DNA of 64,000 nt from Eledone cirrhosa (GCA_964016885.1 OZ024747.1:73780001-73844000); one strand, 5' to 3'; positions 1 through 16,989 are shown, counted from the first letter of the stretch. Notes: generated by a model from the sequence alone, not told the origin. Translations and numbers: made by a program.

Positions 1-1060
1 ACGTGACTGAAATTGTATTGACTGAGATTGAAATTGTGTCAAAGTTCATATAAAAACTCCATGTAATTTCTAGAATCAATTTTGTCACATTTAGTCACGC
101 CATTCCGTCTGAGATTTACATTAAGACACATACACTTTAATCTTCTTTACTTTGAAATAATTTATTAATAATCCCTTCATTATATTGTATAGGTATCTCA
201 TTTGGTCGACTAACTGTAAATGATGGAGATCATGTCTACAGTAGTTCTTATTACAAATACCATCCCCACAAGGGCAGCAAACACCACCACCACTAGAGCC
301 ATTCCTACAACACCAACTTGTGCCGCTACCACCACCACCGCCGCCAACGCCAACACATCCACAAGTACAATCAACATCATCACCACCACCAACAACAACA
401 ACCACCATACAACATGGGAGTAACAAGATGTTTACGCTAATGGCTAGGCAAGAATTTCCCTGAAATCAGAAACTGTCAGTTGAAAATGAAAATAAAAATA
501 GATAACGTAGTTATACTTCTAGATACACTACATAAAGCAAAGACGGGATAGTCATGTCTGGAATAGCTTTTATAATTAGATATTCCGATCAAGGTTGGCC
601 TGGAGCTAATCAACGACAATCTTAAGATCACCTCCAAGATTATACATGGTTGCTATGGAGCTGCGTTCTATAAACATGATCGTTGTGGAATATCTATATA
701 ACTGTGTAAATGTAGAGTAGATCAATAGATCAATGTATGTATGTATGTATGTATGTATGTATGTATGTATGTATGTATGTATGTATGTATGTATGTATGT
801 ATGTATGTATGTATGTATGTATGTATGTTCTTCTGGTTTTATAATTTCACAAAGTTTTACCAATAGAGAGAGAGTCGGTTTCTAACATAGACACAAGACT
901 CTCTCATTGGAATTTACACATCAACTAGGTAGATATGTATGTATGTCTGCATGCATGCATGTGTAGATATGGATGTTATTGTATGTGTGGATGTGTATGT
1001 TTTGAGTTGTATGTGTGCATGTGTATATGCTTTGTATCTGTACATGTGTATATGCAGTTA

Positions 1061-2134
1061 TTAGATGCAAAATTTTTGAAATGTTTTACATATTTTTACT
1101 GTTCCATTAATGGATTGTACTTGTAATTTCCTAACTAGTTGTGTTCTTTCTGTTCCTGTGAAGCCTAGCTTCTCAAGATTTGTATTGAGGCAGTTACTAA
1201 CATATCCCAGTGCCCCAATAATCACAGGCATAAATCTGAAGGTGTAATCAGGGTGGAGTATCTGCAGATTTCTCATCAGTTCTGCATAAATGTTCTCCTT
1301 TTCACTAATCTTTGATACTATATTGGCATCTGCTGGGCAGCTAATTTCCACTACTGTGCATGTTTTCTTCTCCCTGTCCCATATCATAATATCTGGTCTG
1401 TTATGCCTGCATTTTATTGGGGTTTTTACTGGAACATTCCACCAGTACTCTTTCATATTATGTACATGGATGTCTTCCACATTGTTGTAGCTTTTAATGT
1501 GTTTGTCATCGGGGCTATCTTTTTTACGAACTGCATTGTACAGTGTTTTGGCCACTACATCATGCCTCATAGCTAGATAGTACCGCGATGACATCTTTGG
1601 GCAGCTGCTGATGACATGCGTGATATCCTCGATGTTAGTTCTGCAGAGTCTGCACTTGTTATCACATCTAGGTGTTTTGCCTGCATCCCTATCTCTTTTG
1701 TGAATCAGGTATTTCGTGCTAATCTCCTGTTCTTCGATTGCAAAAGCGTATCCTTCAAAGTGGGAGCCAATATAGCGGTTGTTGGTCCAAGATAGACTAC
1801 TTTCCTTATCTATATTACTCTCACTCTGGAGCTTCCTGGCAATATATCCATGCATGATTTTTTGCTGATAGGCATGCAGTTTTTCATCCATGGATTCACT
1901 GCGATACTGCTGAGCGACATCCCTGGGTGTGAGTTTTTGATTATCACACAGGGAATATCTCTCAAGGAGTTCCTTCCCAACTCTCATGATCTTATCTGTT
2001 TCATGCAGATAGACTTGCTCGAGAAGCGGGCTCCTACGCTTCGAGGTTCGTAGATGTTGTAGGAGAGATATGATGCGACATTCAAATGTTGTCTGGACTG
2101 ATGTTAGGCCTCTGCCTCCCTGCTTACGTTTCAA
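1061..2134 (-). pseudogene. C-terminal part of the R4/Dong ORF: zinc knuckle and restriction-like endonuclease
   Basis: Motifs GGRGL, CRLC..EDITHVISSC (CCHC), RHDVV, NRPDIMIWD, VVEISCP, K..Y. Frameshifted from the RT at ~2135. Confidence 0.92.
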
Positions 2135-3342
2135 GTAAAGCGGTCTATGTCACTGTTGATGTGGAACTTTTCGGTGTTGTTCAGTATTTTTCGAGTTCCA
2201 ACATCAACTGCTCGGATTTCATCTATCGTCCAATTGAGTATTCCAAACGTTGGTGTTAGGACAGGCACAGCAAACACATTGTGAGCCACCGTTTTGTTTT
2301 GCGCAGTGAGTTCCGATGACCAGATCTTTCTTAATCGGGTGTAGTATTCCCTGGTTACGCGTTCTTTATTACAGATACCATTATAGGATATGTTCTCATC
2401 TATCCCCAGGTATCTGTAGCAGTCCTCATCAGATATCGGTGAAACAGTTAGACCATTGATGACAATGTTGCTAAATTGGGTTGTTGTTTTTCCCCGCTTT
2501 ACAGTCATGTATGAGCATTTATCCTGGCCAAACTCCATTCCTATATCCTTTGAGAACGTTGTAACCAGGTCAAGATTTTTCTTCATCCCATCCATGTTCT
2601 TGGCAAAGAGTTTCAGATCGTCCACAAAGAAGTTATGGGTTAGGTTCGTATTTCTGTCCTCCTGTGAGCCAATGATGTATCCCTCACATTTCTTGAGCAG
2701 AAAGGACAAGTGGTTTAATGACAAGATGAACAATATCACAGAGAGACTGTCCCCCTGAAATATACCCCTGCAATATTTTATTTTATCAGTGAAAATAGAG
2801 TCCTCCTTCTCGGTCTTTAACCTTAGGATAGTAGCCCAAGAAGAAGACAGCCTCTCTATGGCTCTGACAACAATGTCTGGGACTTTAGCAAGTTGGAGGG
2901 CCTCTATCATCCAAGAGTGGGGAACAGAATCGAAAGCTTTCTTGTAGTCCAGCCAGACTGTAGTCATATTCCTCCTAAGTTGTCGCACCTCCGACATCGC
3001 AGTTTTGTTGATTAGGAGTTGTTCAGCACATCCCCAAACCCTTTTCTTTCCAGCTGCTTGTTCATCTGTGATGATGTTATTATTTTCACAATGATCTTAG
3101 ATGAATAGGTTCAGGCAGGCTGTATACATCTTATACATCAGGTTCTGGCATGCAATGGGTCGGTAGTTTTTTGCCAAGTGGGTGTCTTTGTTCTTGGGGA
3201 CCAGTAACGTTTGTGCTAATGTCAACCATTCTAGTATAAGTGTATCTCCCTTAAGAACTTGTTGGTAGAGGTCAGTAAGATACCTCCGATAGAATATCAT
3301 GTCTCTTCCTGGTGTTTTCTTATCTTGGAGTTTTCCTATCAC
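2131..3342 (-). pseudogene. Reverse transcriptase domain of the R4/Dong element
   Basis: Motifs KTPGRD, NYRPIACQNLMYK, EQAAG, WLDYKKAFDSVPH, GIFQGDSLS, FFVDDLKL, YRYLG. An in-frame TAA at ~3097 splits ORFs 3097-3342 and 2131-2997, which are in the same frame. Confidence 0.93.
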
Positions 3343-3451
3343 AGTCTCAAGGGTACCCTCACTTATTTCATATGATTTTATTGTAGTGTAGGAGCAATAG
3401 TTCTTTCAGATTTCTCTTAGCCAAACTGCATCTTGGTTGAAATTCTTCTTT

Positions 3452-4830
3452 TCACCCCATATTTTTCTCCAAAAGGAATCTGTCTTTCTGGGATGGGGCC
3501 TCAGTGACACTTATTATTTTGCCCTTCATATCTCTATAGACTGATGTTTGGTTTCGTCTGAATCTTTTATTAAGCATTTTTCTCTCATCTACCTTCTTCA
3601 GGTATCGGCGTTTTTTGCTAACAGCTCTCAATTCTTGTTTGAGGGTGATCAGCTTATATTGGACAGTTCTGGTTCTACTGTTACCAAACATCGTCTCTAT
3701 TTTATTTTTCACTCTTTGTTGGTGAGGAGTGAGGTTTTTTGTGTTTGTTTGCATGTAAGGAGCATTATCACATGTCCTATGTTTTTTCGTGGGTCAGCAC
3801 TCTTTTTTTCTATTTTAGTTATATATGATGGTATTTTTGGTGGTGTTTTGTTCTTGTTAATATCTCTGCTATCACCAAGATAATGCTTCACTGTCATTGC
3901 TAAGGCATATAAACAGGCGTTGATTTGCCAAAATGTTGGGGTTTTTATCCGTCGTAAATATTCATCTCCTATTTTGTCAATAACACGTAGTATTTCATTA
4001 TTTGGCTTTTTATTCACCATTGTCAGATATTTATACATGAGTTAATTTCTCTCTGGAAGATTTCGTTGGGGAAATTTTCCATTGTTTATACTTTTGATTA
4101 TCATTATCGATAGTATTTTCCACAACAGTCGAGGTAGACTCGGATGGTATACGTGGTGTCACATTTATTCGCGGTAGATTGGCAGTATCGGTAGAGTGTC
4201 GGACGCCAAGCTTTCCAGCATAGTTACGTCCCTTTACGATCTGAGTTCAAATCCCGCCGAGGTTGACTTTGCCTTTCATTCTTACGGGTCGATAAAATAA
4301 AGTACCAGTAATGCACTGGGTAATTGCTGGCCTTGTGCCTAAAGTAGAAACAATTATTATTATTTCCTCGATTATTATTATTATCGATAGTGTTTTCCCC
4401 AGCATTCGAGGTAGACTTAGATGGTACACGTGGTGTCAATTTACTTACAGGCATAGTTGTTTCAAGGCGCTTTTCGTCCTGTTGTTGATTCCATGTTTGT
4501 TGTGGGGGACTTACAATTAATAATATTTATCTTATTTTTACGTTCAACAAACGTCGCTTGTTGGCGTAATTGTTTCGCTGTGAAATAATTTAGCTCTGGG
4601 TGCATTTCGTCCCAGTGTAGCTTCATTCTATTCATATAGCCAATGGAGGGATTGTTTTTTGCCATTTTATAACAATTAAATAAATCATTATTAAGTTCGC
4701 AACTCCAAGAGAAATGCGATTTATAATTTCGGTTTCTTCTGTAGCTACAACTGAATAAAGTTTGATTACCTTCTTTGTTATTTGTCTTCGATACTTCCTT
4801 AATTTTCTTGTTGATGTTGTGTTCAGCCAT
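3452..4830 (-). pseudogene. N-terminal region of the R4/Dong ORF (Myb-like domain), frameshifted and interrupted by a SINE
   Basis: WSCELNNDLFNCY..GYMNRMKLHW..HPE..TAKQLRQQA resembles the R4/Dong N-terminal Myb-like motif. Collinear fragments at 3452-4038. Confidence 0.75.
4171..4366 (+). mobile_element. tRNA-derived SINE (octopus-type) inserted in the Dong element
   Basis: A box TGGCAGTATCGG, B box GAGTTCAAATCCC, conserved core ttgactttgcctttcat..ggtcgataaaataaagtaccag, end ggccttgtgcctaaagtagaaac followed by (TTA)n. Confidence 0.88.
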
Positions 4831-5091
4831 GCTGTTTGTAGCAAATCCTTGTAAAATGAATTATGTATTTAGTCTCTACGAATTCGAATAAAAGGTGTCT
4901 TCAGAAGGGATAGTTAGAAGAATAACCAGTTATTCAACCTGGCTGTAGTTGTGGCATTACTGTCGGAGATAGTATTCATCTTAAATTTAATAAATAGTCT
5001 CCCACGCCAAAATATGCGACTGATCGCGTTGACTGACTTATGTATGTATGTATGTATGTATGTATGTATGTATGCATGTATGTATGTACTT

Positions 5092-5292
5092 ATGGTTTTA
5101 TAATTTCACAAATTTTTTTTCACAAATTTTTACCAATAGAGAGAGAGAGAGAGTCGGTTTCTAACATAGGCACAAGACTCTCTCATTCGAATTTACACAT
5201 CAACTAGGTAGATTATGTAGGCCTGCATGCATGTGTAGATATGGATGTTATTGTATGGGTGGATATATATGTTTTGAGTTGTATATGCTTTG
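5092..5292 (-). mobile_element. Second, 5'-truncated R4/Dong copy (3'UTR only), in tandem with the first
   Basis: Diverged direct repeat of 832-1035 (tggttttataatttcacaaa...gagagtcggtttctaacatag..caagactctctcatt...tttgagttgtat) with its own (CATA)n tail. Confidence 0.85.
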
Positions 5293-5777
5293 TTGTATGT
5301 ATGTATTTTTGTATGTTTATGTTTGTGTGCGCGTGTGTGTGTATATATATATGTATATGTATATTATTATTGTTGTTGTTGTCGTTATTATTATTGTTGT
5401 TATTATTGTTATTATTATTGTTATGAATGTATATGTGTGTATGTATATATATATGTGTGTATATATGTATATGTATGTGTGTATATATATATATATATTT
5501 CTTTTTTTATTTTATTTTATTTTTTATTTATTTATTAATATATATATTTTTTTCTCCTCGTGCAATGGCCATACTCGATAACGAGGGAGCAACCATCATG
5601 TTTGTATGTATGTATATATGTATGTATGTATTATGTATGTATTTATTTATGTACGCCGGTATGTATGTGTGTATGCATGTATGTATGTACATATGAACGG
5701 ATGCACGTATGTGTTTGTATATATAAGTATATACATATATTTCGTTTCTTATTGGCAACATGACCCTCCCAAAGTAT

Positions 5778-5837
<60 letters not shown>

Positions 5838-5886
5838 GATAATATATATCTGTGTATGTACACACACATATATATATATATACGTG

Positions 5887-5932
<46 letters not shown>

Positions 5933-6149
5933 TGTTGTGGATTGTGTGATTGTTCATGAGTGTGTTGTCTGTCAATCGATGTTAACTAGTTTTTGAATCA
6001 GTATCAGAAAGTACTCCCACGCACAACAAGTGGCCCGACCAGTTTTCACTGGACATCGTTCAGTTATATACTCCAATGGTTGACTGCCACTGCTCTCATC
6101 TAGTATCCTGTTCTCACGGGGTTCATCAAGACAAAACCACCACCACAAT

Positions 6150-6185
6150 ATGCTGCTGCTGCTACTACTACTACTACTACTAGTG

Positions 6186-6235
<50 letters not shown>

Positions 6236-6251
6236 GCTACTACTGCTGCTG

Positions 6252-6307
<56 letters not shown>

Positions 6308-6308
6308 G

Positions 6309-6343
<35 letters not shown>

Positions 6344-6359
6344 GCTGCTGCTGCTACTA

Positions 6360-6416
<57 letters not shown>
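6150..6416. repeat. (CTA)n/(CTG)n microsatellite
   Basis: Read directly from the sequence. Confidence 0.97.
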
Positions 6417-6936
6417 AAAAGAATTATCAAAATAATTGGAATAATTTAAACAATAGAAAACATCATAGAGTTAAGTTTAACCCAAGTAACTGGTAAAACA
6501 ACACACACACAAATACAGAAACACTCATATCCACACACAAATACAGACACACTCATATCCATACACACGAACATACATACATAACCACACACACACACAC
6601 ACATACAGACACAATCATATCCACAATCATACACACGAACATACATGTACATACATAACCACACACATACACGTACAGACACACTCATTTCCACACACAC
6701 ACGAACATACATGTACATACATAACCACACACATGCATGCACACACAAGTACACCCACATCCACACACACATAATACGTATATCCACCGACACAATGCTT
6801 GAAAATATAAAATTTATGAAAAAGTATAAAACCATTCGTCTACATAGACTCGCATATATTATATAATGTATTTACTGACACCTCCCCAGTCACAAATAGA
6901 TAGATATATATATACGCACTCACACACATACACACA

Positions 6937-7014
<78 letters not shown>

Positions 7015-7016
<2 letters not shown>

Positions 7017-7182
7017 AAACAGTTTAACCCCAACGGCAGAGCTCAAGCCGTTTCGACGACTATTTCTGTCGAAACGGCTTGAGCTCTGCCGTCGGGGTTA
7101 AACGTTTTCCTATTACCCACTCTACTATTGAGTACTCTGGTGTGTTATGATCCATCTGGTTCCTTACCACACCTCCTTCGTT
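7015..7182 (+). mobile_element. PLE family A terminal fragment as a fold-back in (TA)n
   Basis: Inverted arms 7015-7057 and 7068-7110, then a tail homologous to 45680-45760 and 46276-46355. (TA)n on both sides. Confidence 0.75.
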
Positions 7183-10100
7183 TTATATATATATATATAT
7201 ACGGTATGCCTGTAAATGTGTAAATAATATATATTTATGTGTGTGTGTATTCATAGAGCTACACAAAATCCTGTACACACACACACATACATGGGCATTC
7301 ACAGTCACACACGTATATTTATGTATATGTACACTTATACAGAATTTCATAGAAATATACGGACACACGCATACATTCATGTTTGTGAATGTATCGGTGT
7401 GTGTGTGTATGTGTGTGTGTGTGTGTGTGTGTTTGTGTGTGTCTGCCTGTTGGAAATCATTGCATGGAGGTGAAACTATGTATGTAGGTATGTGTGATTT
7501 AAAGATGGCCTTGTATTAACCAGCAATGAGCAGTCTACGTTTGCCAGATTTTATAGGACAGGTGCAATACGGTGTTGTGTTATTAATGCTCAGAATTATT
7601 GATAATATAAATTTTTTTCTTCTTTTTTTATTGAACCCTCCTGAATAACAGTTGAACAGTTGCCCAGCAACACTTATAATAATAGGCTGCCTATTGTCAT
7701 TGTGTGAAATCTTAAGATATTGGCAATATTATATTCTGCCCGAATGCAGTTTCAATTCTCGACTTCAATTCATGCGATTTTACTTCAATTATGTCTCTAC
7801 GAGTTAAGGATGTGGCCTCTAGTTGCTAGATATTGTAACTAATACTCCCTCATCAACAATCATAGTTTCTTAATAAAAGTATGTAATTGTTTGATTTAAT
7901 ATAACCGTTACTTAAGCTAACGAATTACTTTAGCTAACCAAATCGGAGAGATAAAAGTTCAACATCTGAGATAATTGTTTCTTAAAAACAAATAACTGTG
8001 ATATTTGTGAAATATAAAATAAGGACTCCTCCGGTTTTGTTGAAAGGATAATGTTTATATAATCGACACTAACACACAAATATTGTTCATTTTCTCGACA
8101 CTGACAGATGAAAAGGAAATTGAAGTTTGAACATAAGATAAGGTGTCTGGGTTTTGCAGGGTATCCTAAAGTACGGATAAACTGTGAATTTAAATTGAAA
8201 AGCAGGCTACAATTTATTGTAATCAACAAAAACCACATCAATTTTCGATGTAATATATCAATACTTTGTCCATATTCTGAAAGCTGTATGTGTCGTGACA
8301 TCACTATATTTCTCAATGTCTTACTTGAGATGGTAGTAATTGCCTGTATACATATCTAACATTTTATTAGGTGAATACCTTGCCCGAACTGTGTCATGAA
8401 TTCAATTTGCCAAATATATCATCAGCATCACTTAAACAACAAGGAAACATCAACTTACTAAAATAACACTGTAATAACAGTGGACCACAGCAAATTGTAA
8501 TTCTGGCATGTCATTCGTTTTTATAAAATTGTAGGATGATGATATGTAACAGATTGACTAGTGTCCAAATACTATTAGAGAATTGGCTACAGTTTGAGAA
8601 AAGTAAAATAAGATGCGATGAACGAAAAGGAACATCACGTTTCTTTTCTTTGCATTTTCTCATAAGAAATCTAACTGTTATTTTATCAAAGTTCATGCCA
8701 CTAAATGAGATGGCACAGAAATATAAACTTTCTGCTGTTTTACAGCTCTATTGCCATAGATTTTCCTCTACTTCATTCTGTTATATTTATGTTGGACTTT
8801 CCATAGGGAGAGTAACTATCGATAATATATTCCCTTTTAAAACGTAATACAAGAAAAACCTTTAAGGAGGAATTAAGTCCGTGACATTCATATAATATCT
8901 AAACACGTAGCTGGAACACACAATAATGAAATGAAAATAAAAATATAAAGGACACATTATTATCATTATGATATACGCTAAAATAATCTTGGAATTCAGA
9001 AGCTTTGTAATTTGATTTCGAAATAGAAAATTGATACCGTTTTTTTTTTATATGGACAAGTAACATTCAACAGTGACATATGTTGGTATTTTCCTCTGTA
9101 AAGAACTAATAATTCATATCATGCCAACAGCGTTGTATGATACTTTGATAACAAAACTGGATAATACGTAACCTATATATCTAGCATTAAAACAAGACTG
9201 GAGACATTAGAAACAAACTGGTATAGAGTCATATACGAATATTTACATTTACACACCTAACTATGTGGTAGAAAATACAGCAATCAGGAAATGTATAGAG
9301 TTCGGTATCAATGATCAGTTAAACCTGAATGATTTATGTGTGGTGCATACTTATAGCTCTAGCCAAGGGAAATATTTTGAGAGACGTGGAATGCAAAGGT
9401 ATATTAGAAGTCCTTGCGGCAGTTAATTACAATACTTCATGTTCTGTGTTTAAATCATTTCATCTCTCAAGCTTCAACTAGTATAACCTGTTAGAAGTTA
9501 TTTTATTTGAACCACTACAGCTAATCAAGTATCTGTCGTTAACTGGTTGTAATACGATAATGTGTTCAGGTCTGTTAATCAGACTGTGTAAAAGAAAATA
9601 CAACTCGGGTAGAACATCTTAATTTATTAAATTTAAGATTTAATAATGACGAAAATGCTGTTCGTAACGTTTACTCCTGTTATAAGCATTTTAGCAAGGT
9701 GCGACGGTAAAGGTGCTGTGTCCCTGTTTCAGTTTTATCAATAAATCTCTTTTTTATGTGAATAATATTTAAGGCGATTGAACATTTAGAGTGTATTTTC
9801 TCTTTTCATATTCACCACCTGCCGGTAGGATTTTGTATTATAATTAGTGGTACAGGGGATAAAAGGAAATTCAGATTAATAGGATGTGCACCGAGTGCAG
9901 TGGATAGCGTTAACAAGCTTCAATATTTAACAGGTGCTTTCTATTGCTTAGGCTGTACTTGACTAATCCCAAAATTAACATTCTATGGAAAATACAAAGA
10001 AAATATTTTAGATGGAAAATAGAGGAAAGTTGAAATCACAACAATCGATTGGCAGTTTGAACGTTAAAGCGTTAGAACAATTATGTAGCATATATTTAAG

Positions 10101-11524
10101 GACGACTCCATCCTGGGTTCAATTCATGCCAAAGTCAAATTCATCTTTCATTCTTCACGGGATAGAGTACGTGTCAAGAGCAGTGTTAGAGTATATTCCT
10201 ATAATACGTAGATATGAATAGAGATATCATTGAAGTAAAATATATAAAAGTAGATACAATATTTTAACGTTGATTCTTGCCAGTTGAGGTAAACATGGTT
10301 GAGTGTATGGTTATCAAATGTGATTTACATAAGTGGAATATCACCTGTGGTCGCATCTGAATTTCAACCATGTGATACTCAAACAGATATTGCAACGTTT
10401 ACCTACTTTTATTCTAATAGCCCTGTCGTCTCTGGAAATCATTTTACAGCGAATTCTTTTAACATATTCACAAAACAACAAGTAGGTAGAGAAACGATTT
10501 TCGAATGAATTGATTCATATACGTAACTGGATACTTATTTGATGAATCTTCGAGATATTAATGTCATGGTCAGTAACTGGTAACTTTATGTCTAGCATAA
10601 TACTGTAACCAGAGGTTTGATCTCAATAGAAGGTATGTGCTTTTATGACTTTCGAAACTGGAATGCATATCTGTGTAGTATTTTTTCAAAAGGAAATACA
10701 CGGTGTAAACAAAAGCCAAATGTTTCAGGAACGTGTGTTCAGATATATTGCATATATCATATTTTTCTATGTGCCTGTAAAATTGGGCACCTATGAGTCA
10801 TGACTAGGATGCCCCACGACCCCTTTAAAATGTAAGAAGTTAAAGGTCAAAACACTTGCTTGAGTGGGAGAGAGCTTCTCTGAAGACCTTCTGTGGTCCA
10901 GCTTTCCTGAGAGTTTCTTACATCCCAGTAACATTTGTTAATGAAATCTCACATCATTGAAATATTTTTCTTGACTAAATAAGAAGTATTTCAAATGTTT
11001 ACAGCAGAAATACACTATAAATAATTATAGCATAAGAATGTTTGTTAAGGTACATATTTTTTATTTTACAGGTGTTCCTGTAAACCAAGTGATATTATTT
11101 ATTTTCCTGATATCATGACTTAGTTATTAATTAACCGGAGAAGTTACCAACTGAAATTATAACTAGTAATATCACAAAAATCTACAATTAATAGTTTCCC
11201 TAAGTTCACTGCATATCTTCAACTTGCCAAATATTACATATTGTTTCTCATTCACTAATAAATAGCAAATTACTTGTGTGTCGCGCCATCAATTGATCGC
11301 TCGATTCACTTATCAACTCTATACGACATCAACGATTAATACTAAACAATAATCAAACACACCGACGTTCTGAGACTGGAGTCTTTAACTAACAAACGTT
11401 TGAATAATTGTAATATTACAATCATGAGAAAACCAATCTTATACACTATGATAGTATATTTCAATGAACTGAATAGTATTGCACTTCATGATAAAATACA
11501 AGAAACGAAAAACATGCTTTGTGC

Positions 11525-11660
11525 ATATAGTTGCGTCCCTTTAAGTTCTGAGTTCAAATCCAGCAGCGGTTAGCTTTGCCTTTTATCCTAACGAGGTCGA
11601 TAAAATAAAGTTCCAATAACGCACTGGGTCGATTTAATCAACTTTCCCCTCCCCACAAAA
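11525..11660 (+). mobile_element. Partial SINE, same superfamily
   Basis: gagttcaaatcc...ctttgccttttatcc...ggtcgataaaataaagt..gcactgggtcgatttaatc. Confidence 0.75.
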
Positions 11661-12388
11661 GCGATCGTTGAACACAGGCTTCCTATGTTTAGGTCGCTAT
11701 GTTTAGGTGAGTATACGTCACGGGAAAGATGCATCTGAAGTGTTATTTAGAGTGGGATATATCCTTCTCTCCCTCTCACACTCTCTCTCTCTCTCTTCCT
11801 TCTCTCTACCCCGTTATCTCTCTCTTTCTCTCATATACATATATATATATATTCGATAAGGGGGTAGATGTACTCTTACATTTGGAGAAAATTGTGACAA
11901 CAGACCTACCTTAATACTCTAAAAATTGTAAATGTATCTAATTATCAAATCGACCCTGAACTATCCCAAATTCGCCATAGTTGGCTGAGAATATTTGTTT
12001 GTATAGATTTAATTAAAACATAGGCCTTTTACTGTGTTACGAAACGGTATTCCAACAGAAACTGCCGAATGTATAGCGCCACAGGATTTAGTATATTGAT
12101 TTTTAGGTAAATATACTGAAAGTGTGAGAGCAAATGTACTATAAATGTAGTCTGAGCAGTTTTTGAAATACAAATTGTGTGGCCCGTAAAATTTAATATA
12201 GCATGTGTTTTTATGTATATATATATATATGCAGCTATCTATGTATGCATAAATAAAGGTATTTATGTATTATGTATGTACATATATGTATATACATATA
12301 TATATATACATACATACACACACACATATATAGGTATGTATGTATGTATGCATATTTATAGGGACATGTGATGCTAATTCTAGTTTCA

Positions 12389-12507
<119 letters not shown>

Positions 12508-12563
12508 AATGCATACATATATTTCGGCATATGAATACATAATCATATATATGTTTATATATA

Positions 12564-14920
<2,357 letters not shown>

Positions 14921-14940
14921 ATATATATATATATATATAT

Positions 14941-15219
<279 letters not shown>

Positions 15220-15335
15220 ACCTAATGTTATTTCCTGAAAACATATATTACTATAACTTGAAAAAGTTATAGTAATTGTGGAAGATATGATGCTGTGATG
15301 CGCCACACCACAAAACATACCATTTCTTAATCATT

Positions 15336-15521
15336 GTGGATTGGCAGTGTCGGAAGAAGGTCGGACGCCATGCTTTGACGCATAGAGTTACGGCCCTTGC
15401 CATTCTGTGTTCAATTCCCGCCGAGGTTAACTTTGCCTTTCATCCTTACGGCGTTGATAAAATAAAGTACCAGTAATGCACTGGGTAATTGCTGGCCTTG
15501 TGCCAAAAGTAGAAACTATTA
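15336..15521 (+). mobile_element. Full-length SINE copy
   Basis: Collinear with 4171-4356 from the A box to the tail. Confidence 0.88.
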
Positions 15522-16989
15522 TATGTTACTTTTTTTCTGATATATCCTGATATTTACAAAGACGGAGAAATTAATAAAATGAAACTTGTGCCGTTTCTCC
15601 TTTCGTTCTATTCATGTGCTATTTAGGAATGTGATTTTCATTACATGTTTTAATTATGTCGTCGTTGCCTGAACGAGATCTCGTTGTTCTTGTGACTAGA
15701 CTTTTAGAAAACTATATACCTAACTAACCAGCTATCATGGACTTTTTGAGGTGCTGTTGGAAACAATAAGAGCAACATTAACATCAGTAACATTTGTATC
15801 TCTACGACTTTAGGGACGAAAATCATGTACATTGAGACTTCAGGTGTTACTGCATTCTCCCAAAGTGGAATTTCCGTATTTAAGAAAATTGTAGAAATGC
15901 CAGATCCCATAAATCGGAAATTGTAGAAACGCCTTTCTTCCTACATTTAAATCATTGTACCTATTTTAAAATTTCAATATTAAACACAGAATTTTCAAAA
16001 TCATTAAATGTGTAATAAATCATTATTAAATGCAATAAAATCCAGAGAAAATATATTACATTATAGTTACATGATTTACATATCTAATATCAAATGCAGC
16101 TAGAAACTGCTTTGAATATTATTTCTCATTTTCCAAAAAATAAGAAGCAGTTGGATACTTAGTATGATCACATCTAATAAACATTTACTCCATACTTTCA
16201 CGTCCAGTTATAAGCAATGAATATTGGTAACAATTTTTGTGGTCAACATTGGTTTTCTTCCATCGAAAATTGCGGGCCTTGGGCCTAAATTAGAGACCAT
16301 TACTATGGTTATCATTTACTTCTTGTATCTATGCACATCACTAATTACATTATTATTATTGTTGATGAAACGAGGTTGCTAGGCATGCTAGATATAGCAG
16401 CCGCAGATTATTAATATCAAATCAAACCATTTCAAAACTAAAATGTACATCATGTGATCCTTGGTGCAAAAATGCAGTATGTTCATGACTGGAAAGGTTT
16501 TAATGATAAATATAGTTGATGAGAGCTGACCTGAATTTTAACGATGACAAGGAGAACAATAATGACAGTATTACTGATAAAGGCGATTAGGCAGTCCTGT
16601 CTGTTAATTAACATGACAGACCAATGCACAATTTTCATTAAAGCCTCTCATATACAGGATGAAACTTTATGAAAATTAAATAATAAATTATATATATTTG
16701 ACTCAAATATATCTGTTTTATCAGTTCAGGTCCTGATAGCCATTCTTGACAGGTTTTTATTTTAAGTAACGCTACTTGTTCACCATTCAACCGTAAATAT
16801 ATTCGTATCTTCAGTCTAACGTGAAGATCATTTTGTGGAAATATCTGAAAGCTTGGTCAGATCTGCTGACGTGCTTTCTATCAATCATCTGAAATTTTAT
16901 GGCCAGTGATTTCAAACAACTGCACGAAATTTCTTTCATCTACCCCAAAAAGTTATAACAAGTGTGTGTGTGTGTGCGTGCGCGCGCGC

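Larger units (their letters stand above)
827..5038 (-). mobile_element. Near full-length, decayed R4/Dong-clade non-LTR retrotransposon (RLE type) flanked by (CATA)n
   Basis: One broken ORF in the order Myb-like N-terminus, RT, CCHC zinc knuckle, PD-(D/E)xK nuclease. About 230-bp 3'UTR ending in a (CATA)n tail (734-827), and (TATG)n directly at the 5' end (5039-5088). Confidence 0.9.

Noticed and set aside
121-426. Thr/Asn/Val-rich ORFs, and similar ones at 40754-41740, 60310-60504 and 61361-62265
   Set aside because: Translations of degenerate (ACC/CAA/CAT)n repeats, open on both strands, with no domain or splice support.
4870-5038. Ribozyme in the Dong 5'UTR (CTGAAGA..GAAT, or an HDV-like fold)
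   Set aside because: No stem II pairing and no GAAA; I could not complete P1.1 or P2 for an HDV fold.
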